Source of the DNA: an uncultured Bacilli bacterium
GTDB lineage: Bacteria > Bacillota_I > Bacilli_A > RF39 > UBA660
Length of the DNA: 42,252 nt
Direction: 5' to 3'
Assembly (NCBI GenBank): GCA_944332575.1
Contig: CALVKH010000002.1
Span: 1 to 42,252, forward strand
Positions 9,143 to 17,933 of this stretch are shown here, one piece after another. Position numbers and translations under genes: made by a program. The notes beneath the pieces are model-generated. The model searched no databases and was not told the origin of the DNA. It was given only the letters and a program-made list of their open reading frames with translations. Every line of letters starts with the position of its first letter. The stretch's first letter is position 1.

Positions 9143-10732
9143 ATGATACAAGTTAATAATGTAACGCTAACTTTTGGAAAAAGAACTTTATTTGAAGATG
9201 TTAATATTAAATTTACTCCAGGCAATTGCTATGGATTAATTGGTGCTAATGGTGCTGGTAAAAGTACATTTTTAAAATTATTATCTGGAGAAATTGAAAC
9301 AACTCATGGTGATATAGTGATAACTAAGGGAGAAAGAATTGCTGTATTAAAACAAGATCACTATGCTTATGATAATGAAAGAGTTATCGATACCGTTATT
9401 ATGGGAAATAGTAGACTTTATAATATTATGAAAGAAAAAGAAGAACTTTACTCACATACTGAATTTACCGAGGAAGATGGTATAAAACTTGGTAACTTAG
9501 AGGCTGAATTTGCTGAACTTAATGGATGGGAAGCAGAAAGTGAAGCTTCAACTCTTTTAAACAATTTAGGAATTGATGAAAAATTTCATTATGAACTGAT
9601 GAAGGATATCCCTAATAATCAAAAAGTAAAAGTATTATTAGCACAAGCTCTATTTGGCAATCCTGATATTTTATTATTAGATGAACCTACTAACAACTTA
9701 GATATTGATGCTATTAATTGGTTAGAAGAATTTCTTATTAACTTTAATAATACTGTAATAGTTGTATCTCATGATCGTCACTTTCTAAATAAAGTATGCA
9801 CTCATATAGCTGATATCGATTACGGAAAGATCAAATTATATATGGGAAATTATGATTTCTGGTATGAATCTAGTCAATTAGCATTAAAACAAATGAAAGA
9901 ATCTAATAAAAAGAAAGAAGAAAAAATAAAAGAATTACAAGCTTTTATTGCAAGATTCTCTGCTAATGCTTCCAAATCAAAACAAGCTACTTCTAGAAAA
10001 AAAATATTAGAAAAAATTGAATTAGATGAAATCGTACCTTCTTCTAGAAAATATCCATTTATAGATTTTAAGCCAGAACGTCCTTCTGGGAAAGAAATAT
10101 TAATGGTTACTAAATTAAATAAAACTATAGATGGTAAAAAAGTATTGAACAATGTCAGCTTCACAGTTCAAAAAAATGATAAAATTGCTTTTGTTGGAAG
10201 TAATGATATTGCTAAGACTACTTTATTTAAAATATTAATGGGAGAACTAGAAGCCGATAGTGGTCATGTTACTTGGGGAAAAACTATTACTCCCTCTTAT
10301 TATCCACAGGATAATTCTAAATATTTTACGAAAGATGAAACCATTATGGAATGGATCGGTAGTTTTTACAACATTGATGATGAGACTGTTTTAAGAGGAT
10401 TTTTAGGAAGAATGTTATTCTCCGGCGATGATGTATTTAAAAAAGTACCAGTTTTATCCGGAGGAGAACGTGCAAGATGTATGTTTTCAAAATGTATGTT
10501 AGAAGGAGGAAACTTCTTAATATTAGATGAACCTACTAATCATTTAGATCTAGAAAGTATTACCTCACTAAATAACGGATTAATTAAATATGATGGAGAA
10601 TTAATTTTTTCATCACATGATCATCAATTTACTGAAACTATAGCTAACCGCATTATTGAACTTACTGACGATGGGTTTATCGATCGTAAAACAACATATG
10701 ATGAATATCTAAAAGAACGAAGCAAAAAATAG
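9143..10732 (+). CDS. ABC-F family ATPase (housekeeping, YbiT-like size) with one degenerate composite ATP site
   Basis: Two ABC cassettes and no TMD. The linker motif FIARFSANASKSKQATSRKK is present. NBD1 Walker A GANGAGKST and NBD2 signature LSGGERARC are intact. The NBD1 signature position reads IPNNQKVKV (9608-9619), and NBD2 Walker A reads GSNDIAKTT (10196-10222). Confidence 0.9.
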   Translation: MIQVNNVTLTFGKRTLFEDVNIKFTPGNCYGLIGANGAGKSTFLKLLSGEIETTHGDIVITKGERIAVLKQDHYAYDNERVIDTVIMGNSRLYNIMKEKEELYSHTEFTEEDGIKLGNLEAEFAELNGWEAESEASTLLNNLGIDEKFHYELMKDIPNNQKVKVLLAQALFGNPDILLLDEPTNNLDIDAINWLEEFLINFNNTVIVVSHDRHFLNKVCTHIADIDYGKIKLYMGNYDFWYESSQLALKQMKESNKKKEEKIKELQAFIARFSANASKSKQATSRKKILEKIELDEIVPSSRKYPFIDFKPERPSGKEILMVTKLNKTIDGKKVLNNVSFTVQKNDKIAFVGSNDIAKTTLFKILMGELEADSGHVTWGKTITPSYYPQDNSKYFTKDETIMEWIGSFYNIDDETVLRGFLGRMLFSGDDVFKKVPVLSGGERARCMFSKCMLEGGNFLILDEPTNHLDLESITSLNNGLIKYDGELIFSSHDHQFTETIANRIIELTDDGFIDRKTTYDEYLKERSKK

Positions 10733-10745
10733 CTTCTTTTTTTTA
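10719..10745 (+). terminator. Intrinsic terminator of the ABC-F gene
   Basis: GAAGC (10719-10723) pairs with GCTTC (10732-10736), followed by a T9 run. The hairpin overlaps the TAG stop. Confidence 0.6.
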
Positions 10746-10789
10746 ACTTTTTATATTTATTCGCATATAATACTATGGAGGTATACACT

Positions 10790-11077
10790 ATGTCCAATGA
10801 TATTACTGCAACAGAACTAAAAGGACTAATCCCTAAAGTAAAAATAATTGATATACGTGATAATTATCAATTTAATTTAGGTAGCATTCCTACTTCTATT
10901 AATATTCCTATGAACTTTTTACTCACGAATCCTGATTCTTATCTTAATAAAAATGATACATACTATATATACTGTGAATACGGTAGTAGAAGTAAAACCG
11001 CGTGTAATAAATTGCAAAAACAAGGATATAAAGTAATAAATGTACTAGGTGGATTTAAAGAATATAAATTAAAATAA
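10790..11077 (+). CDS. Single-domain rhodanese-like sulfurtransferase
   Basis: IIDIRDNYQF..GSIPTSINIP and the active-site loop YIYCEYGSRSKTAC. The ATG at 10790 lies 8 nt after GGAGG (10777-10781). Confidence 0.8.
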   Translation: MSNDITATELKGLIPKVKIIDIRDNYQFNLGSIPTSINIPMNFLLTNPDSYLNKNDTYYIYCEYGSRSKTACNKLQKQGYKVINVLGGFKEYKLK

Positions 11078-11097
11078 AAAGACCCTGGGGTCTTTTT
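11076..11097. terminator. Bidirectional terminator shared by the convergent rhodanese and feoB genes
   Basis: AAAAAGACCctggGGTCTTTTT has an A-run on one side and a T-run on the other. The feoB stop codon (11096-11098) lies in the T-tract. Confidence 0.7.
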
Positions 11098-13183
11098 ATA
11101 TGAATAAATTAACAATTAAATTAAAAGCAAAACATACAACTATACCACATAAAGTAGGTACTAATATAGAAATTAACGTCCATTTATTTGACTTAGTTTC
11201 TTTTTTTATAGTTAAACAGGTAGTAGAACATGGCCAATGCATTAAAGAAAATAACATTACCGAAATAGCGGTAGTAATCGTCCATCCATTATCTACTAAC
11301 AAAGTTTTTAATTCAGCTAAATTACTAAAATCTGTTAAATTACCAGTTGCCATATAACTCATAATGATAATAGGCATCACTATTTCATTAGCAGGAAATC
11401 CTAAAATAAAAGCAAGCAATATAACCCCATCCATTCCTAAGAGACTAGCAAAAGGATCAAGAAAATTAGAAGTATAAGATAAAACGGAAATTGAATTAAA
11501 TTTAACATTAGCCATAAGCCATATAACTAATCCTGCAGGAATAGCAATAGATACTGCTCTGCCTAAAACAAATATCGTTCTATCCAAAACAGATCTTACA
11601 ATTACTTTTATTACTTGTGGTTTTCTGTAGGGAGGTAACTCTAAAGTGAAGGAAGAAGGTACTCCCTTTAAAATAGTTTTCGATAATATCTTAGAAATAA
11701 TAAAAGTCATAAATATTCCAAAGATAATAACTAACATCAAAATAATAACACTTAATAGTGAATTACCAGTCCCCACTCCTACTAAAAACATCGTAATGAT
11801 AGCAATTAAAGTAGGAAGTTTACCATTACAAGGAACAAAACTATTAGTAATAATTGCTATTAATCTTTCCCTAGGGGAATCAATAATCCTAGCTCCACAA
11901 ACACCTACCGCATTACATCCAAATCCCATAGCCATGGTTAAAGCTTGTTTCCCACAAGATGAACATTTTTTAAAAAATTTATCGACATTAAAAGCAATTC
12001 TAGGCAAATATCCCAGGTCTTCTAATAAAGTAAACAAAGGAAAGAAAATCATCATCGGTGGTAACATTACTGATACGACCCAAGCTAAAGTTCTATATAT
12101 ACCATAAACCAACATATCACTAAGCCAATATGGCATAAAAGAGTTACAAAATAAAAACAAATCTTCTTCAATGCTAAAAAACAAATGGTTAAGAAAATTT
12201 GAAGGATAATTAGCTCCTTTTATTGTTAACCAAAAAATAAATCCCAATAATAACAACATCACTGGTATTCCTGTTATTTTATTAGTTAAAACTTTATCTA
12301 TTTTTCGATCACGTCTATTATAATCATCTTTTCCATAAGTAACAACTCTGTTACTGATATCTTCCGCTAAATCATTAATTGATTTTACAATAATATCTTC
12401 CAGTTCTGTTACCAAAATATCATTATCTAGCAAGTATTTTTTGGCCTTGTTAATGGCAGTTATTGTTTCATTATCTAAAATAGAATACCCCAAATAATTC
12501 ATTATCAACTCAATAAAATCATCATCATCTTTGATTAAATTAAGCGCCACCCATCTACTATTTAACAACCCATTCAATTTATTTTTTATTACTGGTTCAA
12601 TGATATTAATAGCATGTTCTAATTCTTTCGAATATTTAACTTTTATTGTTTTTTTGTTAGGATTAAAACTATATTTATCCATAGCTTTCGCTAATTCATC
12701 TAATCCCTTACCTGATCTAGCGCTAGTAGCAATAACTTCTACTCCTAATATGTTTTTCAATTCATTCATGTTTATATTGATACCTTTTTTCTTAGCTTCA
12801 TCAATTAAATTAACACACACTATCACATTATTAGTTATCTCCATTACTTGCAAGGCTAAATTTAAATTTCGCATTAATGAACAAGCATCACATACTACCA
12901 CTGTTAAATCACTATTACCAAAACAAATGAAATCCCTTGCTACTTCTTCTTCTTGTGAATGAGCTAAAATAGAATATATTCCTGGCAAATCATATATTTT
13001 ATAAAAATGATCTTTATATTTAAAATCTCCACTAGCATTGCTAACAGTTTTTCCTGGCCAATTTCCTGTATGTTGATTTAATCCAGTAAAAGCATTAAAT
13101 ACCGTACTTTTACCTACATTAGGATTGCCTGCTAAAGCAATAACTTTATCCACATTAGTAATTTTTTTCTTTTGCTTTTTCAC
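11096..13183 (-). CDS. feoB: Ferrous iron transporter FeoB
   Basis: N-terminal G-domain (GNPNVGKST, DLPG, NLID), then a polytopic permease with gate motifs. 695 aa. Confidence 0.95.
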   Translation of the reverse strand: MKKQKKKITNVDKVIALAGNPNVGKSTVFNAFTGLNQHTGNWPGKTVSNASGDFKYKDHFYKIYDLPGIYSILAHSQEEEVARDFICFGNSDLTVVVCDACSLMRNLNLALQVMEITNNVIVCVNLIDEAKKKGININMNELKNILGVEVIATSARSGKGLDELAKAMDKYSFNPNKKTIKVKYSKELEHAINIIEPVIKNKLNGLLNSRWVALNLIKDDDDFIELIMNYLGYSILDNETITAINKAKKYLLDNDILVTELEDIIVKSINDLAEDISNRVVTYGKDDYNRRDRKIDKVLTNKITGIPVMLLLLGFIFWLTIKGANYPSNFLNHLFFSIEEDLFLFCNSFMPYWLSDMLVYGIYRTLAWVVSVMLPPMMIFFPLFTLLEDLGYLPRIAFNVDKFFKKCSSCGKQALTMAMGFGCNAVGVCGARIIDSPRERLIAIITNSFVPCNGKLPTLIAIITMFLVGVGTGNSLLSVIILMLVIIFGIFMTFIISKILSKTILKGVPSSFTLELPPYRKPQVIKVIVRSVLDRTIFVLGRAVSIAIPAGLVIWLMANVKFNSISVLSYTSNFLDPFASLLGMDGVILLAFILGFPANEIVMPIIIMSYMATGNLTDFSNLAELKTLLVDNGWTITTAISVMLFSLMHWPCSTTCLTIKKETKSNKWTLISILVPTLCGIVVCFAFNLIVNLFI

Positions 13184-13185
13184 AA

Positions 13186-13419
13186 CTAAATCCCCTCTAT
13201 TAAAATATTTTTAGCATCATCATCTCGTATCGCAATAAGTGCTCCTCTAATCATATAAGCAATTAAATTACCTCCCGGATTAATTAAAGTACTTTCCACT
13301 ACTGTTCCTGGAGTTAATCCAATATCTAATAATCTTCTTCTAATACTACCACTAGAAATAACCTTTTTTACAACTGCTTTATTTCCTAATGGAACATCAT
13401 ATAAACTCATCTCTTTCAT
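13186..13419 (-). CDS. feoA: FeoA
   Basis: 77-aa SH3-like FeoA pattern (V.KV......RRLLDIGLTPGT.V......P.G......IRG..IAIR...A..I). The gene ends 2 nt upstream of feoB. Confidence 0.9.
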   Translation of the reverse strand: MKEMSLYDVPLGNKAVVKKVISSGSIRRRLLDIGLTPGTVVESTLINPGGNLIAYMIRGALIAIRDDDAKNILIEGI

Positions 13420-13442
13420 AAATAATTTATCCTCCTCATATA

Positions 13443-13496
13443 TTAGGTTAGAAGTTTCCTTTATCTAACTCTAATATAATATATGTATTAACCTAA
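13443..13496. promoter_or_regulatory. Array of DtxR/IdeR-type half-sites in the feoA / dtxR-like divergent promoter region
   Basis: TTAGGTTAG (13443-13451), ATCTAACTCTAA (13463-13474) and TTAACCTAA (13488-13496). The outer two are inverted copies of TTAGGTTA, the half-site of the TTAGGTTAGCCTAACCTAA iron box. A TATAAT sits at 13475-13480. Confidence 0.35.
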
Positions 13497-13511
13497 AAGG
13501 AGCGTGGGCTT

Positions 13512-13931
13512 ATGAATAGTGAAAAGTATTATACCTTAACTGGATATAAAATAAAGGAGCATATAAAAATAACTTCCGCCATGGAAGATTATATTGAAAT
13601 GATTTATCGAAATACAATCACGAATGATAATATATCTGTAAAAGAACTATCTATCCTTTTAAATGTTAAAGCATCCTCCGTATCCAAAATGGTTAATCGA
13701 TTAAGCAAATTAAATCTTGTTGATTTTCAAAAATATGGACATATAGCATTAACAAAAGAAGGAAAAAAATTAGGAAAATTTTATTTAGAACGACATAATA
13801 CTTTAACTTTATTTTTTAAAAATTTAAATAAATCTAATTTTAAATTAGAACAAGTAGAAAAAATAGAACATTTTGTTGATGAAATTACGATCAAAAATAT
13901 GAAAAAAAGCATAAAAAAAGATAATAATTAA
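13512..13931 (+). CDS. DtxR/MntR-family metal-dependent repressor (short form, no SH3-like domain)
   Basis: MEDYIEMIY....ISVKELSILLNVKASSVSKMVNRLSKLNLV....YGHIALTKEGKKLG....ERHNTLTLFF. 139 aa, divergent from feoAB. Confidence 0.85.
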   Translation: MNSEKYYTLTGYKIKEHIKITSAMEDYIEMIYRNTITNDNISVKELSILLNVKASSVSKMVNRLSKLNLVDFQKYGHIALTKEGKKLGKFYLERHNTLTLFFKNLNKSNFKLEQVEKIEHFVDEITIKNMKKSIKKDNN

Positions 13932-14647
13932 TTATTATCATCTCCTATTAAACCATTACCACAAAAATCACATTCTACATATTCATCTAATTTTAATGGA
14001 ACAATAGCACCACATTTCTTACATTGAACCATGTCTACTTTTTGTTTCTTCTTAGAAATTTCTTTAGTATTAAAAGAATCTTTTCCTTTATCTTTATATA
14101 TTATTTTATTTTTCTTATCATCTATTTCCATTGGTATTAAATAATCCTTATCTTTAAGATCTAATATATTTTTTTTAACATCACTAGTAGATAAATCTAA
14201 TTTTTCACTTATTTTTTTGATAGATGTTTCATGCTCTAAATTAATTGATTTAGTATATATCTGTTCAATTCTAGCTTTTTTAACTAAAAGACGCCCTCCA
14301 ATTATAAAAGAAGTAAGCATAATAATTCCTATAATATATAAATGAACATCTTCAGGAATCAAATTAATCATATCTAAAGACATACCACTATTATATAAAT
14401 CTATAACATCTTTTAGAAAAGAGTAAAGTCCTACACCTACTATAAACAGAATAAATAGACCAATTCCAGTTAAATTTCTACCCCAATTATACATCTTACG
14501 TTTATTTTCCTTAACTCTTACAATAAAGAACCAAACTCCTATAGGAGTAATAGTAAACATTAATATCCAGATAAAAATATATGGAATTTTATTTATTCTT
14601 GATTCTAGTTTTTTCTTATCAATATTTCTTAGATTAATTTTTTTCAT
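13928..14647 (-). CDS. Membrane protein with a cytoplasmic HTH-like segment and C-terminal zinc ribbon, unknown function
   Basis: 239 aa with 3-4 N-terminal TM helices. The middle segment is ISEKLDLSTSDVKKNILDLKDKDYL. The C-terminus reads CKKCGAIVPLKLDEYVECDFCGN (CxxC-N15-CxxC). Confidence 0.5.
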   Translation of the reverse strand: MKKINLRNIDKKKLESRINKIPYIFIWILMFTITPIGVWFFIVRVKENKRKMYNWGRNLTGIGLFILFIVGVGLYSFLKDVIDLYNSGMSLDMINLIPEDVHLYIIGIIMLTSFIIGGRLLVKKARIEQIYTKSINLEHETSIKKISEKLDLSTSDVKKNILDLKDKDYLIPMEIDDKKNKIIYKDKGKDSFNTKEISKKKQKVDMVQCKKCGAIVPLKLDEYVECDFCGNGLIGDDNN

Positions 14648-14662
14648 AATATCTACTCCTAT

Positions 14663-15304
14663 CTAATTTATATGATCATATTTTTGCAAAATATCAAAAA
14701 CTATATCTTTTACTTCAGTATTATTTTTATTTTTTATTTGCTTTTTTAAATTACTTAAAGCATCATCATAAATCATAGATTTATCTAAAGATTGTAGTTT
14801 TAAATAGTCATAATAATCTTTTATCAAATTTAAATTTATTTTATTAGTAGATAAATATTCCGTTCGTATCTCTAATAATAAAGAGGATACAAATTCATTA
14901 AAAACATCTTCAAGAGAATAACTGTCTTTAAAATCTTCATATTTAGCTTTCAACAATTGACTTTTCTCAACTAAACTAGAGTCTTTAAGATCTTTTGAAG
15001 TTAGTATATGATCTAAACTAGTATTTAACAATGGTTTGGAATAAAGAGCTTGATTTAATCCTATTTCTTCAAATGAAATTAAATATATTTTACTATTAAC
15101 AAGAGATTCTACTTTTATATATGAAGAGATCTTATAATCTTTAGATATTGTTATATTGTAATTATTATCTTTCTCTTTTATTTCTATCCTAGGTTCATAA
15201 AAAGGATAAACGATAACTAACTCATCTTTATATAAAGAGAATAATCCTCTCTCCGTAATTTCTATATTCGATACTATTTCATTTAACTCTTTTAAACTAC
15301 TCAT
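14663..15304 (-). CDS. Hypothetical cytoplasmic protein
   Basis: The ORF has no motif I recognise. I prefer the ATG at 15304 (MSSLKEL), 2 nt after the upstream TAA, with a GGAAGAG purine run just before it. Confidence 0.45.
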   Translation of the reverse strand: MSSLKELNEIVSNIEITERGLFSLYKDELVIVYPFYEPRIEIKEKDNNYNITISKDYKISSYIKVESLVNSKIYLISFEEIGLNQALYSKPLLNTSLDHILTSKDLKDSSLVEKSQLLKAKYEDFKDSYSLEDVFNEFVSSLLLEIRTEYLSTNKINLNLIKDYYDYLKLQSLDKSMIYDDALSNLKKQIKNKNNTEVKDIVFDILQKYDHIN

Positions 15305-15306
15305 AA

Positions 15307-15915
15307 TTAACACTCTTCCGTGCACACATCATTTAAAACTTTATGCATGTAATTAATATATATGTCCATCAATTCATTTTTCTCATCAGTTGTTAATGGT
15401 TGAAGGGGATCCGTATGACTTGAAACACTATTAGTGTGAACTCCAACAATTTCACCTTCAAAAACAAAAACCACAGTAGGCATAATAATTGTATCTTCAT
15501 TTTCATCATCTATTGTAGGATTATCTAAAACGCTATCTAGACTTTCTAATAATTGTTTGTATTCATCACTTTCATTACCTTCTTCATCAAATTCATTATT
15601 TAAATTTAAATAATAAATCTCTTCCACTCCTAATTCACTCGCTGACTCTAATAAAACAGGAATAACATTTCTACACATCGGATCTTCGGGATAACCAAAA
15701 TAAATAATACCAGTACCATTCTCTATAATATCAATTATTTCACCAATATTAGAATACTTAATATTATTGTCATCTATTATTTCAATTTCTAAATATTCAT
15801 TATTTAAAGATTCGTATTCTTCCTTAAATTTAGATTCATCTGTATCCTTATTATTACATCCTGTAACAATGATTAACAAAAAGACTATTAACAAAGTATA
15901 TAATACTTTTTTCAT
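15307..15915 (-). CDS. Lipoprotein with a thioredoxin-fold-like domain (single Cys, no CxxC)
   Basis: Signal peptide with lipobox (LLIIVTG|CNN). GIIYFGYPEDPMCRNVIPVLLE resembles a thioredoxin-like beta-alpha-beta unit in which only one Cys is retained. The ATG at 15915 follows GGTGA. Confidence 0.5.
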   Translation of the reverse strand: MKKVLYTLLIVFLLIIVTGCNNKDTDESKFKEEYESLNNEYLEIEIIDDNNIKYSNIGEIIDIIENGTGIIYFGYPEDPMCRNVIPVLLESASELGVEEIYYLNLNNEFDEEGNESDEYKQLLESLDSVLDNPTIDDENEDTIIMPTVVFVFEGEIVGVHTNSVSSHTDPLQPLTTDEKNELMDIYINYMHKVLNDVCTEEC

Positions 15916-15967
15916 TTCATCACCTATTTTCAAATAAATTACATATAAATTATATCATAAAATTATT

Positions 15968-17125
15968 TTAATCCCTACTAAATAATATTTTTTCTTGTTT
16001 ATATAATTTTACAATTGTAAAGATCATAATTCCTGCATAAACAATAGTGGATAAAAACATAAGTAGCATAAAAATTAAATTCACATTACCATTTAAGATA
16101 TCATTAATAGCTAAACTAAAGTTTAGATATGGAACAATGGAAATAAGATAACTACTATTAATTCCTATCATCATAATAAACATTGGAATAATTGGTAAAA
16201 AGTTAACTGGAGTTAAAGCATTTTGTGCTTCCTTAAAGCTTTTAGAAAAACTTGATATAGCAATAGTTAATCCACTAATAAATAAGGAATATACTACTAA
16301 AACTAAAATGATAGATATACTAGAAGATAAGGATAACGTTATTTTACTAGTTGCATAAATAGATAAATTTTCTTGAATTATCAAGAAAGAACCAAAAGTT
16401 GCTATAAAGCTTATAATTGCTGATAAAACTGCTGATGCTACTACTGCTAAATATTTACCAATAATCAATTCACTATTCTTTATTGGAAAAGTAAGAAGAG
16501 TCTCTAAAGTACCACGCTCTTTCTCACCTGCCGTTACATCAATTGCTGGATAAGTAGCCGCTAGTGTTATTGCCATAATGATAAACACTGGTAACATGTT
16601 AATTATTTGTGATGAATAACTATTCGTCTTTGATACATTAACTTCTGATACTTGTATCACATTGATTACTTCATTAGAATTAACATTTTGTTCCGTTAAA
16701 ATTTTATCTTGTAACACAATTTTATAATTTTCTAACATAGTACTAGCTAATCCATAAGCATGAATACTTTGAATGCTTGCTTCATCATAATAAATAGTAT
16801 ATTTATTATCATCACAAGTGATATAAGCATTTATTTCGCCATCCTCTAACATTAATTCTAATTCTTCATCATTAGCATAAGTAGTATTGATATCTAATTC
16901 ATTAACAATGGAATCTACGACTTCATTAGTTTCAAAGTTAATACCAATATTATTAAAATTATTAATACTTTGACTATCCAAAGCTTCAAAAATGTAGCTC
17001 ATAAAGATAATTATTAAAGGGAATAAGAAAAGTGGTACTAAAACCATCATTCTTAAAGTTTTTTTATCTCTTAAAATATCCCTTATTTCTTTTTTAAATA
17101 TTTCAAAAATAGTTTTAATCTTCAC
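15968..17125 (-). CDS. ABC-2 type transporter permease (NatB-like)
   Basis: 385 aa with an N-terminal TM, a ~130-aa extracytoplasmic loop, then 5 TM helices. The start MKIKTIFEIFKKEIRDILRDKKTL is typical of NatB-type permeases. The gene overlaps the ATPase gene by 11 nt. Confidence 0.8.
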   Translation of the reverse strand: MKIKTIFEIFKKEIRDILRDKKTLRMMVLVPLFLFPLIIIFMSYIFEALDSQSINNFNNIGINFETNEVVDSIVNELDINTTYANDEELELMLEDGEINAYITCDDNKYTIYYDEASIQSIHAYGLASTMLENYKIVLQDKILTEQNVNSNEVINVIQVSEVNVSKTNSYSSQIINMLPVFIIMAITLAATYPAIDVTAGEKERGTLETLLTFPIKNSELIIGKYLAVVASAVLSAIISFIATFGSFLIIQENLSIYATSKITLSLSSSISIILVLVVYSLFISGLTIAISSFSKSFKEAQNALTPVNFLPIIPMFIMMIGINSSYLISIVPYLNFSLAINDILNGNVNLIFMLLMFLSTIVYAGIMIFTIVKLYKQEKILFSRD

Positions 17126-17873
17126 TTTTTACACCCCCTATTAAAGAGAAAAATGCATCACGTAGCGTCTTAGTTTTAGTCTTTTTTCTTATATCTTCAG
17201 GTGTACCTACAGCAATTATTTTACCTTTATTCATAAGAATAACTCGATCACAAATATTTTCTGCTTCTTCCATATAGTGAGTTGAATAAATAATAGTTTT
17301 ACCCTTCTCTTTTTCTCCTTTAATAAAATTTAATATGACTTGACTAGATACAATATCAAGACCACTAGTCGCTTCATCTAAAATATAATATTTAGGATCA
17401 TGAATTAAACATCTTGCAATACCAACTCTTTGTGTTTGTCCTGTCGATAAATTACCTATTCTATTATTTCTAAAATTATCAATATCTAAAATTTTAAAAA
17501 TTTTATTAATTCTTTTTTCAATTTCTTTATCATCAACTTCATAAAATCTTCCACACATTTTTAATAATTCATAAGGAGAAATTCTCTCATATAATTTAGT
17601 ATTACCTGATAAAAAAGCAATTCTTTTCTTTATTTCAATAGCATTTTCTTTATAATTCATATCATCTATGGATACTTCTCCACTAGTTGCATTCATAATA
17701 CCAGCAATAATTCTAAGAAGAGTAGTTTTCCCAGCACCATTCGGTCCTAAAATACCAATTATTTCATTATCATTAGCCGTAAAAGAAATGCCATTCACTG
17801 CATAAAATGAAATCTTTTCTTTTTTATTATTAGTTTTTATAAATTGTTTTTTGACATTTTCTACTTTTATCAT
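17115..17873 (-). CDS. ABC transporter ATP-binding protein (NatA-like)
   Basis: Walker A GPNGAGKTT, signature LSTGQTQRV, Walker B YILDEATSGLD and the H-loop STHYM. The ATG at 17873 follows GGAGGG. Confidence 0.9.
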   Translation of the reverse strand: MIKVENVKKQFIKTNNKKEKISFYAVNGISFTANDNEIIGILGPNGAGKTTLLRIIAGIMNATSGEVSIDDMNYKENAIEIKKRIAFLSGNTKLYERISPYELLKMCGRFYEVDDKEIEKRINKIFKILDIDNFRNNRIGNLSTGQTQRVGIARCLIHDPKYYILDEATSGLDIVSSQVILNFIKGEKEKGKTIIYSTHYMEEAENICDRVILMNKGKIIAVGTPEDIRKKTKTKTLRDAFFSLIGGVKSED

Positions 17874-17933
17874 AAAGCCCTCCAGCAAAATTATACCATA
17901 TAGTTAATAGTATTACAGTAAAAAAGATCATTA

